Source of the DNA: Lentimicrobiaceae bacterium
GTDB lineage: Bacteria > Bacteroidota > Bacteroidia > Bacteroidales > UBA4417
Length of the DNA stretch: 64,000 bases
Assembly (NCBI GenBank): GCA_041660125.1
Contig: JBAZWY010000022.1
Location: forward strand, 2,035-66,034
Direction: 5' to 3'
Shown here: positions 27,108-37,816 of the stretch, in pieces
How positions within the stretch are numbered: the stretch's first letter is position 1
How the letters are laid out: each line of letters opens with the position of its first letter
Translations under genes and position numbers: made by a program
Notes under the pieces: generated by a model
Database searches by the model: none
Told to the model about the DNA's origin: nothing
Seen by the model: only the letters and a program-made list of their open reading frames with translations

Positions 27108-28010
27108 TTACGCCATCAAAGCCGCAAGAGCAATTGAATAGGTCTTTGTCAATGCACTGTCGCCACGCGAAGTTAAAACGCAAGGAACACGCGCACCGGC
27201 AACGTAAGCAGCTAGTTCAGCTCCTGCTAGTTTGGTGCCGCCTTTAAAGAAAACATTTCCCGATTCGATATTCGGGAACAGAAGACAGTCAGCATCTCCG
27301 GCAACCGGACCGGTAACTTTCTTGATTTGAACTGATTCCATATCGATGGCAGCATCAAGCGAAAGTGGGCCATCTACAACACAGCCGGGAATCTGACCTC
27401 GGTCGCTCATTTTTGCAAGGATGGCGCCATCAACACAAGCAGGCATTCCTGCAAGCATTTGTTCGGTAGCAGCAATTACGGCTACTTTAGGTTTTTCTAC
27501 TCCTATTGCTTTCGAAACCTTAACCAGGTAATCGATCATTTTAATTTTCTGTTTCAAATCGGGTTGTGGAATAATGGCGACATCGGCAATAGTCAGCAAT
27601 TTGTGATATGCCGGGAATTCCATTACCGATATATGCGACAGTACAGCTCCTTCATTGGTGATTCCGGTGGTTTTATTCAGAATGGCCCGCATGTACTTGT
27701 CCGAACTGAGCGATCCTTTCATAAGCAGGCCGGCTTTACCCTCATTGATCACTTTCACAGCGAGTATGGCAGCTTTTATTTCATTCGGTTCGTGGAGGAT
27801 TTCAAACTTACCTGCATCCATGTGATGCTCCAGGCATATTTTTTTAATAGAAGCTTCGTCACCGGTAAGTGTTGCGTCAACGATTCCTTTTTCGATAGCA
27901 GCATACACAGCTTCAATGGTGTGTGCATCGTTTGCGAAAGCAACTGAAATTCGTTTTTTAGGTTTGCTTTTCAGCAAATCAAACATCTGTTCTAATTTTG
28001 TAATGGCCAT
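27108..28010 (-). CDS. ptb: Phosphate butyryltransferase (phosphate acyltransferase family)
   Basis: 300 aa. The Pta/Ptb family pattern is present (LLMKGSLSSD...VAVIAATE...ESGNVFFKG). It forms an operon with buk. Confidence 0.88.
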   Translation of the reverse strand: MAITKLEQMFDLLKSKPKKRISVAFANDAHTIEAVYAAIEKGIVDATLTGDEASIKKICLEHHMDAGKFEILHEPNEIKAAILAVKVINEGKAGLLMKGSLSSDKYMRAILNKTTGITNEGAVLSHISVMEFPAYHKLLTIADVAIIPQPDLKQKIKMIDYLVKVSKAIGVEKPKVAVIAATEQMLAGMPACVDGAILAKMSDRGQIPGCVVDGPLSLDAAIDMESVQIKKVTGPVAGDADCLLFPNIESGNVFFKGGTKLAGAELAAYVAGARVPCVLTSRGDSALTKTYSIALAALMA

Positions 28011-28294
28011 ATACCCTCCTGGATTAAGTATTGTTATCGTGATAACACGTAAAAGAATAAAAAATTCAACTATTTAGGGCTGCAAAATTAGTTATTTTCC
28101 CCTCATTTCCGAAGGATAACTTATAGTTTTATTGCTTTTTATGAAATCTATTTCCAGAATGGATTTATTACAGGCATGCCACAAATTTCAGATAACAGCT
28201 TAGATAAAGCATACATGTTAAAAATTGAAATAGGATGGCGAACAATTCGTTCAAACAGGCCAATAATTGAGATACCCGAAATTAAAGATCTGCA

Positions 28295-29566
28295 TTATTT
28301 TGTATAGAAATCAATCATTTTCTGGATGGCAGCCGAACAAACCGGGCAGAATTTATCTCCTTTAAAAGTGCGCATCAGGCAATCGGGTGAAGGGCGGTAC
28401 ACTCCTTTGGCTACGTAACCTGCGCCTTCGTAAACACCCAGTTTATATTCATTGCTTTTCTCAATGGGGGTTGGAATGGGCGTGTTAGGCAAAAGCATTC
28501 CTTTCCATTTGCTTTCGAAATTCACTAATGTTGTAATATTGGGTTCCCAGGGTTCGAGATCGAGAGGATACATATCATTAAATGAAGTAGAACCGTCGTC
28601 GTATTCGTCGGCCAAAGCTGCAAAACCATGTCCGAATTCGTGTACAAATATTTTAGCTGAAGATGCGTTGCTATTCACTGAAGTGCTGTAAAGATTATAA
28701 ATGGCACCACCGCCGTATTTGGTAGTATTCACCAAAATATAAATCTGGTCATATGGCGCATTAGATGCCAAATCGCGAACCGATTTGTTGTCGTATGTCA
28801 TCAGGTAACGTTCGGAATCGAAAGTGTAGAAAGAACTGTTCAGGATGGTATTTTTCCAAACTTTATTGCCTGGGATATCTGTACCACTCTCAACAGAGGG
28901 CGCCAGAACAGCCCGGATGTTAAATTTATCGCGGTTTTTAGTGTAAGGTTCATAAGTGAAAAGCCCGGAAGCAAATTTATCGCAATCTGCTTTAAACCTG
29001 TCCATTTCAGTTGCTGTATATCCCTCAGGTAATATTACAATATCAATTTTGGTAGCCGGGTCGCCCGAAATCAACGCATCGTAAACCGGGTAAACCATTT
29101 GTCTTTCATCGGAAATAAAGTAATTCTTCACTTCAACCGTGTATTCGAATTTCTTTTCATAAATACCCATAAAATTGCGGCTGTATAACTCGATTCGGAT
29201 ATCATTTTTAGGAAACGGCATCACGGCTGTTTCTGTAAATGTTCGGGTAGTGTGCTTAGCTTCTTCGGTAAACCGCCATTCATCAAACAAAGCGCAATAA
29301 CCGTGGCTGTATATCAATTTATTGGATTGCGCATCAAATGCTTTGAAATAATACTCTCCATAATTCATTGTGTCGATTAATGCTGTATGCGAGCCGCCCC
29401 AAAATGGTTCCGCCTTCACCTGGTCGATTGAATAAATTTCATTCTGTCTGTTGCCGGTATGATAATAATCGATTCGCAGTGTTTTATTGGCAAACCATTC
29501 GTCGAAGGATGCAAAAGCCTGTATCGAAATAACAAGCAGAAGAATGGGGAGGATCATTTTTTTCAT
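28295..29566 (-). CDS. Peptidase M64 (IgA-peptidase-like) family zinc metalloprotease, secreted
   Basis: 423 aa with a signal peptide. The zinc motif is VHEFGHGFAALADEY. The overall pattern resembles M64 N-terminal and catalytic domains. Confidence 0.8.
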   Translation of the reverse strand: MKKMILPILLLVISIQAFASFDEWFANKTLRIDYYHTGNRQNEIYSIDQVKAEPFWGGSHTALIDTMNYGEYYFKAFDAQSNKLIYSHGYCALFDEWRFTEEAKHTTRTFTETAVMPFPKNDIRIELYSRNFMGIYEKKFEYTVEVKNYFISDERQMVYPVYDALISGDPATKIDIVILPEGYTATEMDRFKADCDKFASGLFTYEPYTKNRDKFNIRAVLAPSVESGTDIPGNKVWKNTILNSSFYTFDSERYLMTYDNKSVRDLASNAPYDQIYILVNTTKYGGGAIYNLYSTSVNSNASSAKIFVHEFGHGFAALADEYDDGSTSFNDMYPLDLEPWEPNITTLVNFESKWKGMLLPNTPIPTPIEKSNEYKLGVYEGAGYVAKGVYRPSPDCLMRTFKGDKFCPVCSAAIQKMIDFYTK

Positions 29567-29983
29567 GGGAACACGGTATAATTTGACGAATCAAATGTAT
29601 GAAATGTAATGTAATCTGCTGATAATTTAATACGCTTATTATTTTATTGATGCCAGGAAGAGATAAGGAATTATCAGCTTTAGTAATAAGGGTTGAACTT
29701 TTATTAAGAGCTCTTTATTCCTACAAAAATTACGAACAAAAGAATTACTCAACTGTTATTATAGTAGATAGAAAAGGGATTAAGAATTGCAATTTATTAG
29801 GTTTCAGCTTCCAAACACAAACACCTTGCCCTGCAAAGGAAACGATGAAAAAGATTCGCATCAGCAAAGATTGGGGCAAAATTGAATTTCACAAATTTCC
29901 GGATATTCTTCCTTTTTGAACAGGCTCAAGTCATAAATGGAGAGTCCTAATACACGTAAGTTGCGTTTTAAATAAAAAATAAA

Positions 29984-30994
29984 ATGTCAGGTCAGGATAA
30001 AATAAACACAAGTGCCGAAGAACGTTGGGTAAAGATTATAGCTCCATACCGAAACGGAGATAATCTGCACAGCTGGTGGCAGATCACAAACACCTTTTTG
30101 CCTTACGTGCTTTTGTGGGTGCTGATGGTGATCAGTTTATCCTACAGTTTTTGGATTACCTTGCCTTTGATATTCATTTCGGCCGGTTTCCTGATCAGGT
30201 TGTTTATAATATTTCACGATTGTGGACACGGCTCCTTTTTTAATTCAAAACGATTGAGCGAAGTTGTTGGGTTTATTATCGGAGTTCTGGCTTTTACTCC
30301 TTATCATCACTGGCACCATTCGCATCTTACGCACCACCGCAATGTGGGAAACCTGGATAAACGCGGAATAGGTGATGTGTGGACTCTTACTGTTGACGAA
30401 TACCTGGCTCTGCCTAAACGGAAGCAGCTGGCATATCGTATCTTTCGTAATCCCTTTGTCATGTTCGGGCTGGGAGCCGGTTTGTTGTTCCTTATTGGAA
30501 ACCGATTCACACATAAAAGCTTTTCACGGAAAGAAAAACTGAGCGTATATGCAACAAATGCCGGCATAGCATTACTTGCAACAACTCTTAGCTTCACCAT
30601 TGGCTGGAAAGCGTATTTGCTGATACAGGTTCCGGTGATGTATTTCGCAGCAATCGGCGGAGTATTCCTTTTCTATCTGCAGCACCAGTTTGAAGGAACA
30701 CATTGGTACGGCGCTCAGGAATGGGATTTTAAAACCGTAGCATTACAGGGCAGTTCGTATTATAAACTTCCGAAAATTCTGCAATGGTTTTCGGGCAATA
30801 TCGGGTTTCATCATATTCATCACCTGAGTTCAAAAATTCCTAATTACAGACTTGAAAAATGCCACCGTGAAAACGAACTTTTTAATAGTATTAAGCCAAT
30901 TCCTTTCCTGCAAGGATTCAAATATGTTAACCTGAAACTTTGGGATACGAAAGCAGGCAAATTAATACGATTCAGGGATTTAAAAATGGTGTAA
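29984..30994 (+). CDS. Membrane fatty-acid desaturase
   Basis: 336 aa. Three histidine boxes are present: HDCGHGS, HHWHHSHLTHH and HHIHHL. Confidence 0.85.
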   Translation: MSGQDKINTSAEERWVKIIAPYRNGDNLHSWWQITNTFLPYVLLWVLMVISLSYSFWITLPLIFISAGFLIRLFIIFHDCGHGSFFNSKRLSEVVGFIIGVLAFTPYHHWHHSHLTHHRNVGNLDKRGIGDVWTLTVDEYLALPKRKQLAYRIFRNPFVMFGLGAGLLFLIGNRFTHKSFSRKEKLSVYATNAGIALLATTLSFTIGWKAYLLIQVPVMYFAAIGGVFLFYLQHQFEGTHWYGAQEWDFKTVALQGSSYYKLPKILQWFSGNIGFHHIHHLSSKIPNYRLEKCHRENELFNSIKPIPFLQGFKYVNLKLWDTKAGKLIRFRDLKMV

Positions 30995-31096
30995 ATTTGT
31001 GTAAAAACTAGCGCTCTAAACTAATATTACTTTTGTTAACTATATTATAACCAGTTAGTATGGTGTTGTAAAACGTTTGATAGGTTAAGTGAACAA

Positions 31097-31133
31097 ACAC
31101 GGCAAGAAATTCATTTAATTGTCGTGTTTTTTT
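31097..31133 (+). terminator. Rho-independent terminator after the desaturase gene
   Basis: The 9-bp stem ACACGGCAA / TTGTCGTGT contains one G-T pair and is followed by a run of seven T. Confidence 0.7.
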
Positions 31134-31269
31134 ATAGTAATTGTTAAAATATCCAGGCTTATTCAGCAACCTTCCAGATAATTTTTAAAAAGATATGCAT
31201 TTGACTTTCATGAATGAAAGCAATTAATACCTTTATGCCTTCAATTTCAATGACTAAACCTCTCCATTT

Positions 31270-33228
31270 ATGAAACAAATATCTTTACTGCTCCTGCTGG
31301 CTTTATTTGCCGGTTCGGTTGCTTTTGCCGGTCCCTACGATGATCTGATTAAAAAAGCCGGCGACAGAAAAACATTTCCCGGATCCAATGTTCTTGTAAT
31401 TTTCGACAGTACGCGTGTTAATATGATGGAAACAGGTTTGAGTCACAATTACATCCATAGGTTGTACAAAGTGCTTACCCCAGAGGGCGCAAAAAACTTG
31501 TCGGTTATCAAATTCGATTACGATCCGCTTTCGGCCTGGTCGGAAATCAGAAATGTTACCATTTATCATGCTGACGGAACACAAACAGTTATTGATACTT
31601 CGCGTGTACTTGACTATCCGCAGCCTGCACGTGCCATTTATTGGGGTGCCCGCGAAAAAATGCTGGAAATAGGGCGATTGGAACCCGGTGATGCCGTGGA
31701 AGTTCACCTGTACAGGAAAGGATTTACGTATGCGCTGCTTGGAGGAGGTGACGACGACGAAAGATATATCCCGCCCATGAAAGGGCACTTTTATGATATT
31801 GTCCCTTTTTACAGCAACGATCCTGTATTGCTAAAGGTTTACCAGATCAGTGTTCCTGATACCAAGGTATTACAATATGAAGTGTACAATGGAGAAGTAT
31901 CGTCTAAAATGTGGCGCAAAGGCAGCAACTTCATATATACATTCGCAAAGAAAAACATTTCCCCTTTCAAGGGTGAACCACGTTCAGTGGATCCTTCGGA
32001 TGTGGCTCCAAAACTATTATTGAGTACCAGCCCCGACTGGAAATCGAAAAGCACCTGGTTTTACGGAGTAAATGAAGATTATAAAAGTTTCGAAGCCAAC
32101 GATGCAATCAGGAATAAAGTGAATGAATTATTACGCAATGCCCGCGATGAAAACGATTCAATAACGATACTGACTCACTGGGCAGGCGACGAAATCCGTT
32201 ACCTGGGTTTGACAATGGGAAAAGGGGAAGGCTACACCTTACACAGCGGCGAGATGAATTTTACCGACCGATGCGGTGTTTGTAAAGACAAAGCCGGCAT
32301 GTTGATCACCATGCTTCGTGCCGCCGGTTTCGAAGCTTATCCAGCGATGACCATGGCCGGTTCGCGTATCGATTATATTCCTGCCGATCAGTTTAACCAT
32401 TGTGTCACTGTTGTGAAAAGCCGTAAAGACGGGAAATATCACTTGCTCGACCCAACATGGGTTCCTTTTGTCAGGGAACTTTGGTCGAGTGCGGAACAAC
32501 AGCAGAATTACCTGATGGGAGTTCCCGAAGGCGCTGACCTGGGTGAAACCCCAATTTCAAATCCTTCGAATCATTACCTCCACATGACAGGAACCACATC
32601 GATTTCAGCCGACGGTACGCTTGAAGGCGAGTATAACGTAACTGCCGAAGGACAGACCGACGCGGCTATCCGTGGAATGTTTACCCGCGCCTATATGGCC
32701 GATTGGGCTGCCAATGTTGAGAAAGAAGTGCTGCATATTTCACCTCTTGCACAATTGGTTGGAGTAACCTACGATGATCCGTATAATTACCTGGAAGGTC
32801 CCATTCAGATGCATTTTAAAATACGCATCCCTGATTACGCAACAGTTGCCGGCGATGAACTGATTTTTACCCCGTTTCTTGCAACAGGATTTATGAAACG
32901 AGCCATGCCACACACCGGATTCGATACAGGTCTCGAAGGACGTAAATTCCCGTTCCGCGACCGAACATCGCATACCGTGGAGATCACCGAAAAGATCAAA
33001 CTCCCTGGAATAAAAATGATGGTGTATTCACCTGAACCCCAATCGGGTAACGGCAGCGGTGCACAATATAGCGGAATTATCAGTAGAGAGAATGATACAT
33101 TGAAATTTACATTTAATGCTTCTTTCCCAAAACGCATTTATCAACCGGAAGATTGGGATTCATTCAAAAAAGCAGTCGCATATCAGAACCTGCTTGCTGC
33201 GGAACCTGTGATCGTTAAAATTAAATAA
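31270..33228 (+). CDS. DUF3857 plus transglutaminase-like cysteine protease domain protein (secreted)
   Basis: 652 aa with a signal peptide. The transglutaminase core retains its Cys in DRCGVCKDKAGMLITMLRAAGFEAY, followed by NHCVTVV and LLDPT (His/Asp candidates). Confidence 0.75.
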   Translation: MKQISLLLLLALFAGSVAFAGPYDDLIKKAGDRKTFPGSNVLVIFDSTRVNMMETGLSHNYIHRLYKVLTPEGAKNLSVIKFDYDPLSAWSEIRNVTIYHADGTQTVIDTSRVLDYPQPARAIYWGAREKMLEIGRLEPGDAVEVHLYRKGFTYALLGGGDDDERYIPPMKGHFYDIVPFYSNDPVLLKVYQISVPDTKVLQYEVYNGEVSSKMWRKGSNFIYTFAKKNISPFKGEPRSVDPSDVAPKLLLSTSPDWKSKSTWFYGVNEDYKSFEANDAIRNKVNELLRNARDENDSITILTHWAGDEIRYLGLTMGKGEGYTLHSGEMNFTDRCGVCKDKAGMLITMLRAAGFEAYPAMTMAGSRIDYIPADQFNHCVTVVKSRKDGKYHLLDPTWVPFVRELWSSAEQQQNYLMGVPEGADLGETPISNPSNHYLHMTGTTSISADGTLEGEYNVTAEGQTDAAIRGMFTRAYMADWAANVEKEVLHISPLAQLVGVTYDDPYNYLEGPIQMHFKIRIPDYATVAGDELIFTPFLATGFMKRAMPHTGFDTGLEGRKFPFRDRTSHTVEITEKIKLPGIKMMVYSPEPQSGNGSGAQYSGIISRENDTLKFTFNASFPKRIYQPEDWDSFKKAVAYQNLLAAEPVIVKIK

Positions 33229-33231
33229 TAA

Positions 33232-33312
33232 ATTACGATTTACGAATGACGATTTACGAATGACGAATGGGGAGGTGAATGATAATCGTAAATCGTACCT
33301 CGTAAATCGTAC
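33232..33312. repeat. Inverted pair of doubled words: (t)acgatttacgaatg x2 on the left arm and tcgtaaatcgta x2 on the right, forming a long imperfect hairpin
   Basis: tacgatttacga (33234-33245) is the exact reverse complement of tcgtaaatcgta, which is present twice in the right arm. The element lies between two co-directional paralogous genes. Confidence 0.65.
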
Positions 33313-33349
33313 TTCATAAAATATTGAACATTTCAACACTCATTAAACC

Positions 33350-35176
33350 ATGATAAAAAATATATTGTTAATTGCCTTCGGACTTTTCACAGGTATAATC
33401 GCAATTGCGCAGGAGAATAAACCCGATGCTGTGTACCAGGAGCAAACCAAAGAATATACACTAAACAAAGATGGCAGCTGGACGTATCATTACAGCCATA
33501 AACTGCTGATAAACACCTATTATGCATTCCACAGACTATATGGAGAGGATTTTATTGTGTATGATCCGGAATATCAGAAACTGAAAATAAACCATTCGGT
33601 AACCACGATGGCTGATGGGAAACAGGTGCCGACGCCTGGGAATGCCTACAACGAATTACTGCCTCGTTTTGCAGCTAATGTGCCAGCATGGAACCGCCTT
33701 CGCGAAATGGTTGTAACCCACACTGCCCTTGAACGCGGAGCTGTAATTGATTTTGATTACCTGCTTACAAATGTAAAAAGCAACATTCCGGTGTTGATGT
33801 GGAATGAACAGCTAATGATGAATTCGCCGGTGAAGAAACTTACTTTTATTATAAGAGTCCCATCCAAATCTTCGTTTAGTTACGAAGCGTCCGGTATCCA
33901 GTCAAAACCCATAGTTGTGAAAAAAGACGGCAAAATCACGTACACATGGACACTTACGGATTTGCCTGCTGCTTTGCGCGAAGACTTCGGCCCGGTTGAA
34001 CAGCAAAACAGACCAAGAATTGTGTTTGCCGCAAGTATAAAAGCAGTTGATGCAATAGCCGTTTTTGCTTCGCAGGAAGCATTTAAATGTGAAACCACTC
34101 CTGAAGTGAAAGTAGCAGCAAAAACTGCCGTTAAGGGAATTGACAAACCTTTGCTAAAAGCATTAAAACTCCAGGAAAAAGTTGCTAACGAACTGAATAC
34201 GTGGCAGGTTCCTTTACAATTTACCGGTTATAAACTGAGAAATGCTGCCGCAATCTGGCAGAGTAATGGTGGAATGGAAGCCGAAAAAGCAGTGCTACTT
34301 ACCGCAATGCTGCGTTCTCAGAATATTCAGGCTGAGCCCGTCGCCGTAATTGCTGAAAGATTTTATACTAAAAAAACTGCCAGCCCTGACTTAATTGAAC
34401 GTTTCCTTGTGAAAGTAAGTATTCAGGGTTTGGAACCGATTTTCTTGTCACCAACTCAAATCAACCAGCAGGATCTCAGATATACACTCTCAGGTAAACG
34501 TATAATCTCACTTGTGCCGGGTAAAATGCAACTTTCGGAAGTGATCGGTGAACCAAAAAATATCCTTACTCTTACAGGCAACCTGAAACTGGATGAAGAA
34601 TCAGAACTGACAGGAAATCTTAATCTGGAACTTGGAGGCAGACTGAACCCCTGGCTGAAAATCCAAAAGGACAGTTCATATGTCACAACCATGCTTTCAA
34701 ATGCGTTTGGCAATGGCAAAATCAGTAAAATTGTTAAAGGCAAAACAGATATTGACCTTTCTTCGTATAGTTTTCACGCATCATCGGGCTCATTTACGGA
34801 TGAAATTGCAGGACATATTTTCTTAAAACTATCCGCTGCTCCTTCAGGTTCCGACAGCTGGCATATGACTGAGCTCATAACGAATCGTATTGAACCGTTC
34901 GAAATACCTTTCCCTATAAATGAATCGTACGATATTTTCATATCAATGCCTGATGATATTTCGCTGGTTTCGCCGGAAGTAGATCTAAAAACAGAGAATG
35001 AATTCGGCAGCCTCGAAGTTTCAATTTCTGCTGAAGGTCAGCAATTACATATTGTACGGAAGTTCAGCATCATCAAAAACTATGTGCCGGTTGAAAAGTA
35101 TGATTTATTCAGAACGATGATCAATACCTGGAACAGCAAAAAGTATCGGGAAATTGTTTTGAAGAAAGGGAATTAA
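33350..35176 (+). CDS. DUF3857/DUF3858-type paralog of the preceding gene; the transglutaminase-like core lacks the catalytic Cys
   Basis: 608 aa with a signal peptide. The aligned core reads GGMEAEKAVLLTAMLRSQNIQAEPV, against GVCKDKAGMLITMLRAAGFEAYPA in the neighbour. Confidence 0.65.
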   Translation: MIKNILLIAFGLFTGIIAIAQENKPDAVYQEQTKEYTLNKDGSWTYHYSHKLLINTYYAFHRLYGEDFIVYDPEYQKLKINHSVTTMADGKQVPTPGNAYNELLPRFAANVPAWNRLREMVVTHTALERGAVIDFDYLLTNVKSNIPVLMWNEQLMMNSPVKKLTFIIRVPSKSSFSYEASGIQSKPIVVKKDGKITYTWTLTDLPAALREDFGPVEQQNRPRIVFAASIKAVDAIAVFASQEAFKCETTPEVKVAAKTAVKGIDKPLLKALKLQEKVANELNTWQVPLQFTGYKLRNAAAIWQSNGGMEAEKAVLLTAMLRSQNIQAEPVAVIAERFYTKKTASPDLIERFLVKVSIQGLEPIFLSPTQINQQDLRYTLSGKRIISLVPGKMQLSEVIGEPKNILTLTGNLKLDEESELTGNLNLELGGRLNPWLKIQKDSSYVTTMLSNAFGNGKISKIVKGKTDIDLSSYSFHASSGSFTDEIAGHIFLKLSAAPSGSDSWHMTELITNRIEPFEIPFPINESYDIFISMPDDISLVSPEVDLKTENEFGSLEVSISAEGQQLHIVRKFSIIKNYVPVEKYDLFRTMINTWNSKKYREIVLKKGN

Positions 35177-35209
35177 ATCCTTGATGTCTTTACACTTCAA
35201 ATATTAAAT

Positions 35210-35770
35210 ATGGAAAAGAACAATCCGGACATTACAATATCAATACCTGATGAAGTATTAATAAACAAAATATACTTAATCCGTGGGCAAAAAGTTATGC
35301 TGGATAGAGACCTTGCGGAATTATATGATGTTGAAACCCGGATATTGAATCAAGCTGTATGGCGCAACGAAAAACGCTTTCCTAATGATTTTATGTTTCA
35401 AATGTCCAAAGAAGAAATGGAAGAATGGAAATCACAGATTGTGATATCCAATAGAGAAAAGATGGGGTTGAGAAAACCCCCTTTAGTTTTTACGGAGCAG
35501 GGAGTAGCAATGTTATCAAGTGTATTGAACAGTGAAAGGGCAATTATAGTAAATATCCAGATCATCAGAGTGTTTACAAAAATGCGCGAATTACTTATCA
35601 CCCATAAAGACATATTGCAAAAGCTTGAATTGATTGAAAAGAAAGACATTGAACAAGATGAAAAAATAATGCTCATTTTTGAATATCTGCATCAATTTGA
35701 ACAAGCTAAACAACAGGAGTTAGAACAAAAAGAGCGTCCTATGATTGGCTTTAAAACCAGGAAAAGATAG
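35210..35770 (+). CDS. ORF6N (KilA-N-like) DNA-binding domain protein
   Basis: 186 aa. The stretch [49 protein letters not shown] is the characteristic ORF6N N-terminal domain. The C-terminus is a coiled coil. Confidence 0.8.
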   Translation: MEKNNPDITISIPDEVLINKIYLIRGQKVMLDRDLAELYDVETRILNQAVWRNEKRFPNDFMFQMSKEEMEEWKSQIVISNREKMGLRKPPLVFTEQGVAMLSSVLNSERAIIVNIQIIRVFTKMRELLITHKDILQKLELIEKKDIEQDEKIMLIFEYLHQFEQAKQQELEQKERPMIGFKTRKR

Positions 35771-35854
35771 GATCCCTTTATTAGCTGTAGTTTGCAGGTT
35801 AATCTTTAAAACTCGTGTCCCACTAGCCCCCCTCTTCGCTATCTAGAGTTCGAA

Positions 35855-37816
35855 CTAAACAATCGTGCGTCCCAATTGCCCGCCATCAATGAGGTTAGCG
35901 ATGCGCTTGGCATTCATAAACTGCTTTTGCAGATCACTTGAAATATCATCCGATTCGGCCGTTTTAATCTTTTCAAGCAAATCCTTTAAAACCTGGCGCA
36001 CCCGTTTCGATTTAAATGAAAATATAGAATTTGGGATCAGAAAATCGAGGACTTCGTGTTCCTGGAGCAAGCGTATTTTACGCTTTTCCCAGTTAGGGCT
36101 GAAGGTGTATTTTGTAGCAATCAGGTCAATGACTGGCCCTGAAATAGCATTGTCGGGATGATTGGTAAGCTTCCGGTAGTTAATATCCGGATTACTTTTC
36201 AACTCATCCACGCAGGTATTGAAAATCTGTTGATACTGGGTGTTGGTAAAAGTCAACTCATCCGCATTAATATCATTAATAATAAAATTTGCTGCTTTAA
36301 CTTTTTTAAACACCTTTTCGCCGGTTACAGGATCGGGAAAATTTGTTTCTATTTCAACATCGCCGTAAAGCAGTAACTGCCTGATAATTTCACGCTCAAT
36401 CTCTTCAGTGCTCAATGCATCAAACGATTCCTGCTGTTGTTCGGCAGGTTCGGGAGCAAATAAATCGTCAATTGCATCGGATTCGGTAACTGTAGCACCC
36501 GATTTTTGGGTGAATTTTTTTCGCAGCAGTTTGTTAAGTTCATTCAGAATGGCTTTTTCATCCATCTGCATGCGGTCGGCACTTTCCTTCACGTAAGCCA
36601 GCCGGGTAAGCTGGTCGGGTATGAGCGAAATGCTTTCGATAAAATCCTTCAGCACAGCAACCCTTTTTAATGGATCGCGGCCGGTTTCGCTTAATAACAG
36701 GTCAATTTTAAAATGAATAAAATCTTTGGCATTTTGTTGGATAAACTCCTGTACTTCCGCACCACGGCGGCTACGGGCGTATGAATCCGGGTCCTCGCCA
36801 TCAGGAAACAGCACTACTTTCACGTTCATTCCCTGCTCGAGGATCATATCAATTCCACGGAACGAAGCTTTGATACCGGCAGGATCGCCATCGTATAGAA
36901 TGGTGATATTCGGTGTGTAGCGTTTTATCAGCCTGATCTGGTCTGCTGTGAGCGACGTACCTGACGATGAAACCACATTTTGAACACCGGCACGGTACAT
37001 CGAAATTACATCGGTATAGCCTTCAACCAGGAAACACATATCGTTGGCGGAAATAGAGTGTTTGGCGAAAGAAATTCCGTACAGTACCTTACTCTTGTTA
37101 TAAATCTCACTTTCGGGCGAATTAACGTATTTCGGCTTTGTTTTGTCCGAAGTCATGATACGACCGCCAAAGCCAATTACACGCCCGGCCTGGCTGTGGA
37201 TCGGGAACATCACTCTTCCGCGGAAACGGTCATATAACTTACTGTCTTTGTTGATGCTTAACCCCGATTTTTCAAGCATATCGGTACTATATCCATTTTT
37301 AAGGGCATGTTTGCTGAAAGCATCCCATTCGTCGGGGCTATATCCCAACTGGAATTCACGAATGGTTTCGTCGCTGAAACTGCGTCCGTGAAAATAAGAC
37401 AAGCCGACCGAAAGACCTTCGTCAGTATTAAAAAGCTGATCGGTAAAGAACCTGGCTGCAAAATCGGTGATGGCCATCAGGCCTTCGCGGGCAGATTTCT
37501 CGGCGACTTGTTCAGCCGTTTCGGATTCCTCCTTGATTTCAATATTGTACTTTTTAGCCAGGTAGCGGAGTGCCTCAGGGTAGGTGAATTTTTCGTGCTC
37601 CATCACAAAATTTACTGAATTGCCTGCCTTCCCGCATCCAAAGCATTTGTAAATCCCTTTAGTTGGCGACACATGGAACGAAGGTGTACGCTCGTTGTGA
37701 AACGGGCATAACCCTGTATAGTTGCTGCCGCGCTTTTTTAAGGCCACGAAATCAGCTACGACTTCCTCCACTCGGGCGGCATCAAATATTTGTGATATGG
37801 TATCGTGAGGGATCAA
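35855..37816 (-). CDS. dnaG: DNA primase
   Basis: 653 aa. The zinc finger is CPFHNERTPSFHVSPTKGIYKCFGCG. A TOPRIM domain is present (LVEGYTDVIS...YDGDPAG). The apparent start is TTG (MIPHDTISQI). Confidence 0.93.
   Translation of the reverse strand: MIPHDTISQIFDAARVEEVVADFVALKKRGSNYTGLCPFHNERTPSFHVSPTKGIYKCFGCGKAGNSVNFVMEHEKFTYPEALRYLAKKYNIEIKEESETAEQVAEKSAREGLMAITDFAARFFTDQLFNTDEGLSVGLSYFHGRSFSDETIREFQLGYSPDEWDAFSKHALKNGYSTDMLEKSGLSINKDSKLYDRFRGRVMFPIHSQAGRVIGFGGRIMTSDKTKPKYVNSPESEIYNKSKVLYGISFAKHSISANDMCFLVEGYTDVISMYRAGVQNVVSSSGTSLTADQIRLIKRYTPNITILYDGDPAGIKASFRGIDMILEQGMNVKVVLFPDGEDPDSYARSRRGAEVQEFIQQNAKDFIHFKIDLLLSETGRDPLKRVAVLKDFIESISLIPDQLTRLAYVKESADRMQMDEKAILNELNKLLRKKFTQKSGATVTESDAIDDLFAPEPAEQQQESFDALSTEEIEREIIRQLLLYGDVEIETNFPDPVTGEKVFKKVKAANFIINDINADELTFTNTQYQQIFNTCVDELKSNPDINYRKLTNHPDNAISGPVIDLIATKYTFSPNWEKRKIRLLQEHEVLDFLIPNSIFSFKSKRVRQVLKDLLEKIKTAESDDISSDLQKQFMNAKRIANLIDGGQLGRTIV

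Noticed and set aside
27459-27947. A long antisense ORF (162 aa) opposite ptb. Similar shadow ORFs lie opposite other large genes, for example 31303-31788, 58185-58631, 9126-9643 and 20623-21085.
   Set aside because: Each lies entirely within, and antisense to, a gene with strong family motifs. None has a recognisable motif of its own. These are typical shadow ORFs.
29647-29919. A 90-aa plus-strand ORF in the spacer between the M64 peptidase and the desaturase.
   Set aside because: The sequence is AT-rich and spacer-like. The peptide is of low complexity, with no recognisable family or signal. The spacer already has to hold the promoters of the two divergent flanking genes.
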